Assembly: GCA_013360865.1 (NCBI GenBank)
Contig: JABWAS010000004.1
Location: 412 to 64,411 of the forward strand
Reading direction: 5' to 3'
Origin: Candidatus Paceibacter sp.
GTDB lineage: Bacteria; Patescibacteriota; Minisyncoccia; UBA9983
DNA length: 64,000 bases
Below are positions 28,057 through 37,155 of this stretch, piece by piece. Each line of letters begins with the position of its first letter. Within the stretch, counting starts at the first letter, position 1. The notes beneath the pieces were generated by a model, which did no database searches, was not told where the DNA came from, and saw nothing but the letters and a program-made list of their open reading frames with translations. Both the position numbers and the translations under genes were made by a program.

Positions 28057-29355
28057 TTATTTTTTTCCTCCTATTTTTTTCTTGATAATTTCCACGACCT
28101 TTTCAATGGGGACTGATTCCTGCGAACTCGTCGCCATGTCCCGTACAATAATGGAATTCTCCAGGCTTTCCTTTTGCCCCAATATAAGAACATGCGGCAC
28201 ATTCATCCTTGACGCAAGGGAGAGCTGGCTGTTCAGGTTATCTTTGCTTACGGATTGGGCGATGTAGATGCCGGCGGTTCTGAACATTTCTATCACCTTG
28301 AGGCTCTTCTGTTTGGCCGAGTGGCTCAACTGGATGAAGAAAACTTTGGGCACCCTCTTGTATTTTGGGGCGATCTTGTTTTCTTTCATCAGCGCCACGA
28401 CCCTGTCCGCTCCGATGGCTCCACCCACGCCGGCGATATCTCTCCGACCGATTATCTTCGCCAGGCCGTCGTATCTTCCTCCGGAGGCGATGGTCAGTGG
28501 GTTGGCTCCCTCTTCTTTCGGCGCTTCTGGTATTATCTCAAAAACCGTTCGGGAATAATAATCCAGGCCGCGCACAAGATGAGTATCCAGAATGTAATTT
28601 ATGCCGTTGGTGTCCAGAAATTCCAGGACTTCTTTAAAATGCTGCTTGCACGGAGCGCACAGCGAGTCCACGGTTTGCGGGGCGCCTTTTTTTATTTCCA
28701 CGCATTTCGGTTCCTTGCAATCCAGCAGGCGCAGAGGGTTTTCTTTCAACCTTCTTTTGCAGTCTTTGCATAAGTTGGCGGCGTGCTTGCGGTAATAATT
28801 AACCAGTTTTTTGCGGTATTCGCCGCGGCACTCCTTGTCGCCTATGGAGTTTATAAGCACCGTCGTCTGGGGCAGACCGAGCTCTTTTAACGTGAGCGTG
28901 AGTATCTGGATTATCACGGCTTCGCCCACCGGCTTTGGTTCGCCTATCATTTCCAGATTAAACTGCTGGAATTCGCGGAAGCGGCCTTTTTGCGGGCTTT
29001 CGTGGCGGAAGAACGAACCCTTGCACCAGAGCATCACCGGCTGGGGCAATGTTTGCATGCCGTGTTCCAGATAAGATCTCATTATGCCGGCGGTCGCTTC
29101 CGGCCTCATCACCAGTTTTTCGCCCCCGTCGGTTTTAATATAGTACATCTGCTTTTCCACAATGTCGGAAGTGGTTCCCAGTGTGGCGGTAAAAAGGTCA
29201 ACGTTTTCCAGAATGGGGGTTTGAATAGGCTTGAAGCCATAATAAGAGGCAATCTCTTCGCCTTTGTCAAAAATGTTCTGGTAAAGCACATAGTCTTCCG
29301 CCAGAATATCGTGCATCCCTTTCGGGCTTTGGATATTTTGTTTATTGTCAGACAT
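28057..29355 (-). CDS. hisS: Histidine--tRNA ligase
   Basis: RPEATA, FRHESPQKGRFREF, LVRGLDYY, SGGRYD. Confidence 0.98.
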   Translation of the reverse strand: MSDNKQNIQSPKGMHDILAEDYVLYQNIFDKGEEIASYYGFKPIQTPILENVDLFTATLGTTSDIVEKQMYYIKTDGGEKLVMRPEATAGIMRSYLEHGMQTLPQPVMLWCKGSFFRHESPQKGRFREFQQFNLEMIGEPKPVGEAVIIQILTLTLKELGLPQTTVLINSIGDKECRGEYRKKLVNYYRKHAANLCKDCKRRLKENPLRLLDCKEPKCVEIKKGAPQTVDSLCAPCKQHFKEVLEFLDTNGINYILDTHLVRGLDYYSRTVFEIIPEAPKEEGANPLTIASGGRYDGLAKIIGRRDIAGVGGAIGADRVVALMKENKIAPKYKRVPKVFFIQLSHSAKQKSLKVIEMFRTAGIYIAQSVSKDNLNSQLSLASRMNVPHVLILGQKESLENSIIVRDMATSSQESVPIEKVVEIIKKKIGGKK

Positions 29356-29441
29356 ATTAATTAGCTTGTAGGCATTAGCTTGTAGGAGTTGTTTTTAGGG
29401 TTTTAGCCTAAAAAGCTAATTCCTAAGGCCTAATTCCTGCT

Positions 29442-29939
29442 TTAATACCCCGGAAACAAGCCTATCTTATTAAGCGGCCAGAGGCGGACAAACGATCTGC
29501 CGATAATGAATTTCTCCGCCACGGGACCCCAGTATCTGGAATCGGAACTCTTGTCGGAATTGTCGCCGGTGACGAAATATTCTTTGTCTTTGATTTGGAT
29601 TTCCTTACCGTCTATCATGGTTGCCGTTTCGTTGGGCAACGCGGCTATTCTTTTGATGAAAAACTTGGACGGGTCGTTAGGGTAGCGGAAGACTATGACC
29701 TCGTTCTTCTTCGGGTCTCGCAGGTGATAGGTAAACTCATCCACGATGAGATAATCGCCGTCGTTGTAAGTCGGCTCCATGGAGGCGCCGCTGACCAGAA
29801 ACGGCTGGGCGACCCACAGCCTTATCGGCAAAACTATCGCCGCCACTATGAAGATGAATTTTAAAAAATCAAAAATAGATTCCTTCCGGTTTTTAACCGC
29901 GTCTTTGGAAGTAGTCTGTTCAAAAGAATTTTCGTTCAT
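29442..29939 (-). CDS. lepB: Signal peptidase I
   Basis: VSGASMEPT, FIKRI, GDN..SSDSRYWG. Confidence 0.95.
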   Translation of the reverse strand: MNENSFEQTTSKDAVKNRKESIFDFLKFIFIVAAIVLPIRLWVAQPFLVSGASMEPTYNDGDYLIVDEFTYHLRDPKKNEVIVFRYPNDPSKFFIKRIAALPNETATMIDGKEIQIKDKEYFVTGDNSDKSSDSRYWGPVAEKFIIGRSFVRLWPLNKIGLFPGY

Positions 29940-30006
29940 TATTGGCTAATAATACCTTATAATTTTGTTTATTGCAAGAATGTTATTAAAGTGATAATAT
30001 CAAGGC

Positions 30007-30270
30007 GTGGTAAAAATATTCCGCTATAATTTAATATTCAGACCTGAACCAGAAGGAGGTTTTACTGTAACCGTCCCAAGCTTGCCGGGTTGTGTTTCTT
30101 ATGGAGGAAATATTAAAGAAGCAAAAGAAATGGCGCGTGATGCTATAAGAGGGTATCTTTATAGTCTTGAGAAACACAAGGAATCAATTCCTTCCGATAT
30201 TGATAATTTTGTTACTACTATAGACATAGAATCCAAAAAACAGCCGTCTAAAAAGTTGACTTATGTCTAA
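30007..30270 (+). CDS. hicB: HicB-family antitoxin
   Basis: EGGFTVTVPSLPGCVSYG..EA.EMARDAI. Confidence 0.9.
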   Translation: MVKIFRYNLIFRPEPEGGFTVTVPSLPGCVSYGGNIKEAKEMARDAIRGYLYSLEKHKESIPSDIDNFVTTIDIESKKQPSKKLTYV

Positions 30271-30487
30271 ACTGCCGGTCTTAACTTCCAAGAAGTTGAT
30301 TAAAATAATTGAGAAACTCGGTTTTCAGTTAGACCATAAAACCGGCAGTCATTTTATTTTTTACAATCAGGAAAATAAAAAACGAGTTACTGTTCCTTAT
30401 CATTCCAAAGACTTACCCAAGGGAACAATTTTAAGTATTTTAAAACAAGCTGGAATAACAAAAGACGACGTAGAAAAAATTTCTTAG
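30263..30487 (+). CDS. hicA: HicA-family toxin
   Basis: LGF....GSH....VTVPYH.KDLPKGT..SILKQAG; overlaps hicB. Confidence 0.92.
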   Translation: MSKLPVLTSKKLIKIIEKLGFQLDHKTGSHFIFYNQENKKRVTVPYHSKDLPKGTILSILKQAGITKDDVEKIS

Positions 30488-30498
30488 TGTCAAACTAT

Positions 30499-30924
30499 TT
30501 AAAATAATCCCGTGCTGCCGAAACCGCCTTCGCCTCTTTTGCTTTCGTTGAGATTTTCCGCTTCCTCAATTTCCGGCCGTTCCACTTTCTGAATAAGCAT
30601 CTGGGCTATTTTTTGCCCTTTTTTTATTTCAAAATCTTTTTGGCTAAGATTAACAAGAACGATAACTATTTCACCCCGATAGCCGGAATCTATCACTCCG
30701 GCCATTGTTTTAATACCGTCTTTGGCGGCCAGCCCGCTTTTATCCCAGACAAGGGCGGCATAGCCTTCCGGCATTTCCATTTTTACTCCCGTTCTTACAT
30801 TTTTTCTTTCCCCGGCTTTAATAAGCGCTTCTTCCGTCGAAAAAACATCCATCCCCGCGTCGCCCGGATGGGCGTAAGAGGGAATTACCGCCTCCGCCGA
30901 AATTCTCTGGAATTTAATTAGCAT
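30499..30924 (-). CDS. dut: dUTP diphosphatase
   Basis: DAGMD, KSGLA, GVIDSGYRGE, RGEGGFGSTG. Confidence 0.97.
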   Translation of the reverse strand: MLIKFQRISAEAVIPSYAHPGDAGMDVFSTEEALIKAGERKNVRTGVKMEMPEGYAALVWDKSGLAAKDGIKTMAGVIDSGYRGEIVIVLVNLSQKDFEIKKGQKIAQMLIQKVERPEIEEAENLNESKRGEGGFGSTGLF

Positions 30925-30937
30925 TATGTTTAAATTT

Positions 30938-31627
30938 TTAAACCAAAAGCGGTATCATTTTTTTTACGATGTTTTTGTTTATTTCTTCCACCGCGAGGGG
31001 TTTGCCATTTTTGGAGCAATTTATTTTTATCCAATTATTGCTTTTCTTTATGAGTCCTACGGCGTTTTTCTTGGCGTTGGAGAGATGTTTAATGTCGTTT
31101 TCGTGAATGTCTTTTTTTCCTTTTAGGTAAACTTTCTTTTTTTGGGCGGTTTTTTCTTTAAGAAGTTTTTGGGATATTTCCAGCGGCATATCAAGATAGA
31201 TTATCGCCGCCGGACGGGGAATTTTAAATATGCCGTATTCCAGTTCTTCCAGCCAGGCTAAAAATTCTCTTCTTTTATTCGGGTCGGAAATTTTTCCGCC
31301 CTGGTGTATCTGATTGGAGCTGGCGTATCTGTCGGCAATGACGATAAAGCCTTCCGACAGCCATTTTTCTATTTTTTCTTTTGTTTCAAAACGGTCTCCG
31401 GCGTAAAGAACGGAGGCCAAATAGGGGCTGACTTCGGACGAGCCGCCAAATTCGCCGGACAAATATCTTCCGACCAGTTGGCCGAAAAAGTTGTTCTCGT
31501 ACTGGGGAAAGTCAACCGTCTTAATCTTAAATCCGGCCTTTCGCATATTTTCCGCCAGCAGTTTCGTTTGCGTCGCTTTGCCGCTGCCGTCGGTGCCGTC
31601 TATCACGAAAAATTTACCTCGTTTCAT
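30938..31627 (-). CDS. tmk: Thymidylate kinase
   Basis: IDGTDGSGKATQ, DFPQY, IADRY. Confidence 0.92.
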   Translation of the reverse strand: MKRGKFFVIDGTDGSGKATQTKLLAENMRKAGFKIKTVDFPQYENNFFGQLVGRYLSGEFGGSSEVSPYLASVLYAGDRFETKEKIEKWLSEGFIVIADRYASSNQIHQGGKISDPNKRREFLAWLEELEYGIFKIPRPAAIIYLDMPLEISQKLLKEKTAQKKKVYLKGKKDIHENDIKHLSNAKKNAVGLIKKSNNWIKINCSKNGKPLAVEEINKNIVKKMIPLLV

Positions 31628-32187
31628 TTAAGAAGATTTTTAGTACTTGCTTCAGTTGGATCGCTTTGATTCATATAAAGAGAACTTTTTCTTTTATTAT
31701 AGGGAACTTCGGACGGAGAAGTCATAGAATGAACGGCAATCTGACAAATATTCATGTTTGGATAAATAGCTACGGCCAGATTAGATTGGTTGCTTATCTC
31801 CAAGGTAATGGTTCCTTCAAATCCGGGGTCAATAAAACCGGCAGTATGCACCAAAATGCCCATTCTGGCCAGAGAGCTTTTGCCTTCCACTCTTAAAACC
31901 AAATTGTCAGGCACTTTTACGAACTCCTTAGTGCTGGCCAATATGAAATTATGAGGGTGCAACACAAAAGGTTCACCATCCTTGAGCTTGTAATGTTTTG
32001 TGAAGTTTTTCGGTAGACCTTTTTTGATGTCCAAGAGGCTTTGTTTTTCAACATTAAAAACCTTAAAGATATTACTTAGTTTAAGATCTATTGAGGCGGG
32101 TCCTATTTGATTTGGTTTAAGTTTTGGCGTAAACTGCAACCCCTTTTCTTTTATGGCCTTTTTTATGTCTCGGTCTGATAAAATCAT
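31624..32187 (-). CDS. dcd: dCTP deaminase
   Basis: ILSDRDI, PASIDL, EGKSSLARMG, AGFIDPGFEG.ITLE. Confidence 0.96.
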   Translation of the reverse strand: MILSDRDIKKAIKEKGLQFTPKLKPNQIGPASIDLKLSNIFKVFNVEKQSLLDIKKGLPKNFTKHYKLKDGEPFVLHPHNFILASTKEFVKVPDNLVLRVEGKSSLARMGILVHTAGFIDPGFEGTITLEISNQSNLAVAIYPNMNICQIAVHSMTSPSEVPYNKRKSSLYMNQSDPTEASTKNLLK

Positions 32188-32272
32188 GAATATTTTTTTA
32201 TATTTAATAGAATACTAAAATATTAAAACATCTTTTTCAAGTTTTTTAAAACGGTGGTATTATTAATAAACA

Positions 32273-33703
32273 ATGAAAATCTGGCCGAAATATTTTTCCG
32301 ACCTTTTGGTAAAAGGCGACCCGCGTTCAAGCATCGGAGTGATAACTCTTTGGACAAGCAAGGAACTGATTTCCAACAGTCTTAAGAATTTTCAAAGCAA
32401 AGTTTCTTTGATTGGACAGCTTTATTCCAAGGAGGGCATAAATTGGGTTTTGAGAAATATTTTTTTAAATCCGCGCGTAACTAAGATCATACTGTGCGGT
32501 CAGGACAAATCCGGCTCGGGAGAGGCTCTGTTGAAGTTTGTAAAAAACGGAATAGATGACGACGGCTTTGTCATAGGCGCTGAAAACGCGAAAATTCACA
32601 AAGAAATAGACCTGAATTATTTGGAAAAATTTCGCCAAAAAGTTGAAATTATAGACGCCAGAAATAAAAATCCGACTGACTTGATAATAAAGGAAATCAA
32701 AAGATCGAAAAAAATCTCCAAGCCGTGGATTGAGCCTAAGGAATTCGCCGAACCGGAGCGGCGCTCGCCGGAAACAATGCCGTCGGAAAAATGCGACTTT
32801 AAAATACAGGCGGAAAAAGTCGGAGACGCCTGGCTTGAAATATTGGACGCGATAATGAAATTCGGCCATGTTAAAAAGTCCCAGCATTCGTCGGACCAAA
32901 GGGAGGTTGTAAATCTTATCGCGACAATAACCGGAGAAGACATAAAAAATATTGATTGGAAACCTTACTTCCGATTCTCAAAAAAAGATTTTGAGAATTA
33001 TCTGCCGCAGGTTGTCACCAAAAACAAGATTCCAAACATAGAGTACACTTACGGCCAAAGGTTGAGAGACCACGATGGCATAGACCAGATACAGTCTATA
33101 ATGGAAGACCTTAAAAGAACTCCTTACTCCAGAAGGGCGGTAGCGGTGACCTGGAAAGTCGCCGCGGATCATAACAACCCGCACGCTCCCTGTCTGGATT
33201 TGATACAATGCCTGGTTCAGGACAATAAACTTTTTTTCACGGCTTTTATCCGTTCCAACGATATGTTCAGAGCATGGCCGATGAACGCGCTGGCTTTTTT
33301 GCGTTTACAAAAAATTATCGCCGATGGTTGCGGCTTTGAAATGGGGCCGTTTACGACCATATCCGGCTCGGCTCATATTTATTCCGACTGCTGGAACGAT
33401 GCCATAAAAATTGTCAAAAAATACGCCAAAGGTCCAATGTGTAAATTTGATCCCAGGGGCAATTACGTCATTAATGTTTCTAAAGGTAAAATTTTGGCCA
33501 AGCATCTTTCTCCACTAGGAGACGTATTGGAAGAATTTTCCGGCTCAACGGCCAGAGAAGTTTTTGACGTTATTTCCATGATGCACGGAGTGTCTTTTAT
33601 TGAGCATGCTTTTGACCTGGGAGCGGAATTGCAGAAAGCGGAAATCGCTTTAAAACAAAAAATAAATTATGTTCAAGACAGACCGTTAAACTTTCCCGTT
33701 TAG
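32273..33703 (+). CDS. thyA: Thymidylate synthase (archaeal-like ThyA) with N-terminal MtrA-like and C-terminal DUF4346-like domains
   Basis: YTYGQRL, SRRA, PCL, RSNDM, SAHIY; N-terminal GINWVLRNI..NP....LCG; C-terminal DPRGNY...HAFDLGAELQKAE..YVQD. Confidence 0.85.
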   Translation: MKIWPKYFSDLLVKGDPRSSIGVITLWTSKELISNSLKNFQSKVSLIGQLYSKEGINWVLRNIFLNPRVTKIILCGQDKSGSGEALLKFVKNGIDDDGFVIGAENAKIHKEIDLNYLEKFRQKVEIIDARNKNPTDLIIKEIKRSKKISKPWIEPKEFAEPERRSPETMPSEKCDFKIQAEKVGDAWLEILDAIMKFGHVKKSQHSSDQREVVNLIATITGEDIKNIDWKPYFRFSKKDFENYLPQVVTKNKIPNIEYTYGQRLRDHDGIDQIQSIMEDLKRTPYSRRAVAVTWKVAADHNNPHAPCLDLIQCLVQDNKLFFTAFIRSNDMFRAWPMNALAFLRLQKIIADGCGFEMGPFTTISGSAHIYSDCWNDAIKIVKKYAKGPMCKFDPRGNYVINVSKGKILAKHLSPLGDVLEEFSGSTAREVFDVISMMHGVSFIEHAFDLGAELQKAEIALKQKINYVQDRPLNFPV

Positions 33704-33765
33704 CTTACTATCGACATCGAACGTCAATATTTTGGAAAATTAAGGCGGAATGCTAATATTGTTTT

Positions 33766-34350
33766 ATGTATTACATCGTTGGTTTGGGTAATCCGGGGGA
33801 GGAATACGAGCAGACGCGGCACAACGCCGGGCGGATGACTCTCCTGGATTTTATAAAAAAAGAGGGGATTGATGAACCCGAGTTTGATAAAAAATTAAAA
33901 GCCTTGGTTTTTGAAGGAAAAATTGGCAAAGAAAAAATTATGATTATCTTACCGGAAACTTTTATGAATAAATCCGGAGAGAGCATAAGGCCATTGACGC
34001 CTTCGGCCAAAAAAACAGAAAACCTTGTCGTTCTTCATGACGATATTGATTTGCCGCTCGGCAAGTTCAAAATTTCTTTCGGCAAAAGTTCGGCCGGACA
34101 CAAGGGGGTGGAGTCGGTCATCAAAGCCGTAAAGACGAAAGATTTTGTAAGAATAAGAATCGGCGTTTCGGTAGCGACGCCATCGGGGAAAATCAAAAAA
34201 CCGTCCGGAGATAAATTTTTGGACTACATCGTGGGCAAATTCAAACCGGCGGAATTGTCGATAATCAAAAAAGTCTCCAAAGAGATAAGTTTAGCTTTGG
34301 AAACTATTGTTAAAGAAGGGAGAGAGAAAGCGATGAGCGAGTTTAATTAG
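33766..34350 (+). CDS. pth: Peptidyl-tRNA hydrolase
   Basis: IVGLGNPG, TRHNAG, FMNKSG, HDDID, GHKGV. Confidence 0.97.
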   Translation: MYYIVGLGNPGEEYEQTRHNAGRMTLLDFIKKEGIDEPEFDKKLKALVFEGKIGKEKIMIILPETFMNKSGESIRPLTPSAKKTENLVVLHDDIDLPLGKFKISFGKSSAGHKGVESVIKAVKTKDFVRIRIGVSVATPSGKIKKPSGDKFLDYIVGKFKPAELSIIKKVSKEISLALETIVKEGREKAMSEFN

Positions 34351-35456
34351 GCCTGTTTCTCCTGATAAATCAGCGCCAGTTTTCTGTCTTTGGGTTCAAA
34401 GGTGGAGATTTGGAAGTTGTAGGATTTGCCCAGTTCCAGTTTATGCTTCATTTCCGCTTCTGATTTAAAACCGGAAATGTGCACCAGGCCGGCCACGCCT
34501 TCCTCAATGCTGGCCAGCGCGCCGTGTTTGTTGAATTTGATGACGACGCCTTTGACGACGTCTCCTTTTTTGTATTTTTCTTTGGCTTCCTGCCACGGGT
34601 CAAGTTTGAGGGCCTTAAGCGAGAGGGAGAACTTGCCGTCGTTTATGTTGATGATCTGGGCTTTGACTTTCTGCCCGACTTTGAACATGGCTGAAGGATT
34701 TTCCACCAAAGACCAGTCCAGTTCGGAAATGTGGGCCAATCCTTCCAGATTGTCGGCAATTTTTATGAATATGCCAAAGTCAACGACGCCGGTGACGTCG
34801 CCGTCTATGATGTCGCCGACTTTGTATTTGGAAACGACCTCCTTTATTTCTTCGGCGTTGCCGCTTTTCTCCGAGAAAATGAGCTTGTTTTCTTTTTGGT
34901 CGCTGGCCAGTATGACCACTTTGATTTTTTCTCCCACGAGTTTTTTGAGTTCCACTTCTATCTTGTCTTTGTCACCGTCCTCAATGCGCGGATAATGGTT
35001 GGATTTGAGCTGGGAGGTCGGCAAAAATCCCTGGATGCCGTTCCATTCCAAAACAAGGCCACCTTTGTTGGCGTCGGTCACTGCCAGTGTCAGAGGCGCT
35101 TTGCTTTTTTGCATTTCTTCGGCTTCGCGCCAGACGATTTTTTGCTTGGCTTCTTTCAGAGACAGGGAAAAATAACCCTTTTCGTTTTCCGTTTCCGTGA
35201 TTTTGACGGTTATTTTGTCGCCCGGGTTCAGCGCTCGGATGATGTCTTTGGCGCGGTTATATTCTCTCCCGTAAATTATGCCCGTGCCTATGGGGGAAAG
35301 GTCGATGTAAACGGCGGACGAATCCTGGCTTAAAACGATGCCTTCAATAAGGTCGTCCACTTTTGGCATCGCCAACGGAACGCTCTTGAACAGAGCTTCC
35401 ATCGCGCTTTGCTTCGTCGCCACCGCCGGCTGCTTCTCCTTTTGCGCTGTTGTCAT
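34347..35456 (-). CDS. rpsA: 30S ribosomal protein S1 (four S1 domains)
   Basis: NKGGL, GFLP.SQ, FGIF, EGLAHISEL. Confidence 0.93.
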   Translation of the reverse strand: MTTAQKEKQPAVATKQSAMEALFKSVPLAMPKVDDLIEGIVLSQDSSAVYIDLSPIGTGIIYGREYNRAKDIIRALNPGDKITVKITETENEKGYFSLSLKEAKQKIVWREAEEMQKSKAPLTLAVTDANKGGLVLEWNGIQGFLPTSQLKSNHYPRIEDGDKDKIEVELKKLVGEKIKVVILASDQKENKLIFSEKSGNAEEIKEVVSKYKVGDIIDGDVTGVVDFGIFIKIADNLEGLAHISELDWSLVENPSAMFKVGQKVKAQIININDGKFSLSLKALKLDPWQEAKEKYKKGDVVKGVVIKFNKHGALASIEEGVAGLVHISGFKSEAEMKHKLELGKSYNFQISTFEPKDRKLALIYQEKQA

Positions 35457-35500
35457 AATGGCTTAGTATATAAAAGAAATAATTTTTTGCAAGCAGTTTT

Positions 35501-35668
35501 TCAGTTTTTAAAAAATTGAGAGAAATGCAGGCCCAGATAATAAGGCCACAGAATGATGGCGTAGATAAGTTTCGGGAAAGAAAGGTTGAGGTAGCCGATT
35601 GTAAAAAGCCAGGCCGCGAACCAAAATCCCGTTGAAAAACCGTTATTAATTATTCTTATTTTTTCCAT
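35501..35668 (-). CDS. Small membrane protein, 55 aa
   Basis: Manual translation MEKIRIINNGFSTGFWFAAWLFTIGYLNLSFPKLIYAIILWPYYLG...; below ORF-track cutoff. Confidence 0.65.
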   Translation of the reverse strand: MEKIRIINNGFSTGFWFAAWLFTIGYLNLSFPKLIYAIILWPYYLGLHFSQFFKN

Positions 35669-35811
35669 AAATTTGTAATTATATTAATTTTTTTAATAGA
35701 AAAGCGCTCCCTGGTTATTACAACGACGACGTAAACAATAAAAATAAACAAAAAAATTATCAGCCAGCCAATTGTGGGAAAAATGATTAAGGAGAGAATG
35801 TTATATAACAT
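35656..35811 (-). CDS. Possible small single-TM protein, 51 aa
   Basis: MLYNILSLIIFPTIGWLIIFLFIFIVYVVVVITRERF... Confidence 0.35.
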   Translation of the reverse strand: MLYNILSLIIFPTIGWLIIFLFIFIVYVVVVITRERFSIKKINIITNLWKK

Positions 35812-35855
35812 TAGTAAGTAATATTAAGAGTTAAGTAGACCTAAAATTTACCAAA

Positions 35856-35943
35856 CGGAGAGGGAGGGATTCGAACCCTCGGACCCCTTTTGAGGGTCAA
35901 CAACTTAGCAGGTTGCTGCTTTCAACCACTCAGCCACCTCTCC
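35856..35943 (-). tRNA. tRNA-Ser(GCT)
   Basis: GGAGAGG/CCTCTCC, GCAAC-CTGCTAA-GTTGT, long variable arm. Confidence 0.95.
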
Positions 35944-35973
35944 ATGTAATATTTATTTTTCAAACTTTCAATC

Positions 35974-36045
35974 GGGTCAATCCCGCCTTAAGCGGGACTG
36001 CTTTCAACCCTGCCTGCCGGCAGGCAGGCGCTCACACACCTCTCC
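35974..36045 (-). pseudogene. Degenerate copy of the 5' half of tRNA-Ser carrying two palindromes
   Basis: Collinear blocks GGGTCAA, CTGCTTTCAACC, CTCA..CACCTCTCC shared with the adjacent tRNA. Confidence 0.7.
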
Positions 36046-36126
36046 AAAATACAAGATAAAAATAGCACTGTTTGTTTTGAATTACAATAACTTATATAAT
36101 TTTATTTAATCGTTGGGATTGTTGTT

Positions 36127-36483
36127 TTGGCGGTTGGCGGTTTTTTGCTGCTTAAAACACTCAATAATAAAGAGGTCGAAACGCGAATTCTGACTAATGA
36201 AATCGCGCTGGCTCTTCTGAAAGACGACCTGTTTGAAGAATGCCGCCCGGAAAGGGTGGAGGGCAAGTATGGTTCATGCTCAGTAAATATTTCGCAAGAT
36301 GATAATCAAGGGACCGTTACGGTGACCTATGACGGTCTTTATGATGATTCGGTAAAGGCGTCGCGTGTTCAAGCTTATGTTACGTATGAAGACGGGAAAT
36401 GGGTCAAAGGTGCTATTACTAAAACTCAACAATGCTGGCCCGGGCGAGAACATCAGGATTTTTCCGCGGAGCTTTGCATTTAA
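36127..36483 (+). CDS. Hypothetical secreted protein (start uncertain)
   Basis: DGLYDDSVKA.R ... CWPGR.HQDFS.ELC pattern; hydrophobic N-terminus. Confidence 0.55.
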   Translation: MAVGGFLLLKTLNNKEVETRILTNEIALALLKDDLFEECRPERVEGKYGSCSVNISQDDNQGTVTVTYDGLYDDSVKASRVQAYVTYEDGKWVKGAITKTQQCWPGREHQDFSAELCI

Positions 36484-36501
36484 TAGTTGTCTTAAGCAGA
36501 T

Positions 36502-37119
36502 TCACCCCCTCGCCACAACTACGGCCAGGACTTTTTTGGCGCCGGATTCTTTGAGGACTTTTTTGGCTTCCTTTAGGGTGGCGCCGGTGGTGCAGATATC
36601 GTCCACCAAAATTATTTCTTTGCCTTTTATCAGCTCGGCGTTTTTGACGGCAAAACTTCCTTTGACGTTGTTCAGCCTTTTTTCTCTGTCTTTGACATTA
36701 ACCTGGGAATCGGTATGAACGGTTTTATAAAGCGCGTTGGTTAAAACATTGCTTGAAAGGCGGCGGGCGATGAGTTCCGCCTGATTGAAGCCGCGTTGGC
36801 GCGATCTTCGGCCGGAAAGGGGAACGGGGATAACGATGACGTCGTCGCTTTTAAGCTTGCTTTGTACTTTTTGCCAAACCCGTTCTTTGAGCAATTCGGC
36901 CAAGGGTTCGGCCAGTTGGCTGACGCCTTTATATTTCAACATCCAGACAGCTTTCTTTAGCACCCCGTCCTGGTAATTGGCGGCGGCGAAGACGCCGTTG
37001 TCTTCCGGCAGGTCGGCGCGGTCGGTTTTGGTCAGGCACTTCGGGCAGAAAATTTCGTTTTCCTTGCCGCAGCCGAGGCACTTTTGCGGGAAGAGAAAAT
37101 TTAAAATAATTTTAAGCAT
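36502..37119 (-). CDS. comF: ComF family phosphoribosyltransferase-like competence protein
   Basis: LFPQKCLGC, PVPL, RGFNQAE, LVDDICTTGATL. Confidence 0.93.
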   Translation of the reverse strand: MLKIILNFLFPQKCLGCGKENEIFCPKCLTKTDRADLPEDNGVFAAANYQDGVLKKAVWMLKYKGVSQLAEPLAELLKERVWQKVQSKLKSDDVIVIPVPLSGRRSRQRGFNQAELIARRLSSNVLTNALYKTVHTDSQVNVKDREKRLNNVKGSFAVKNAELIKGKEIILVDDICTTGATLKEAKKVLKESGAKKVLAVVVARG

Positions 37120-37155
37120 TTTAACATTGCCGTTTCAATGATATAATATCAAATT

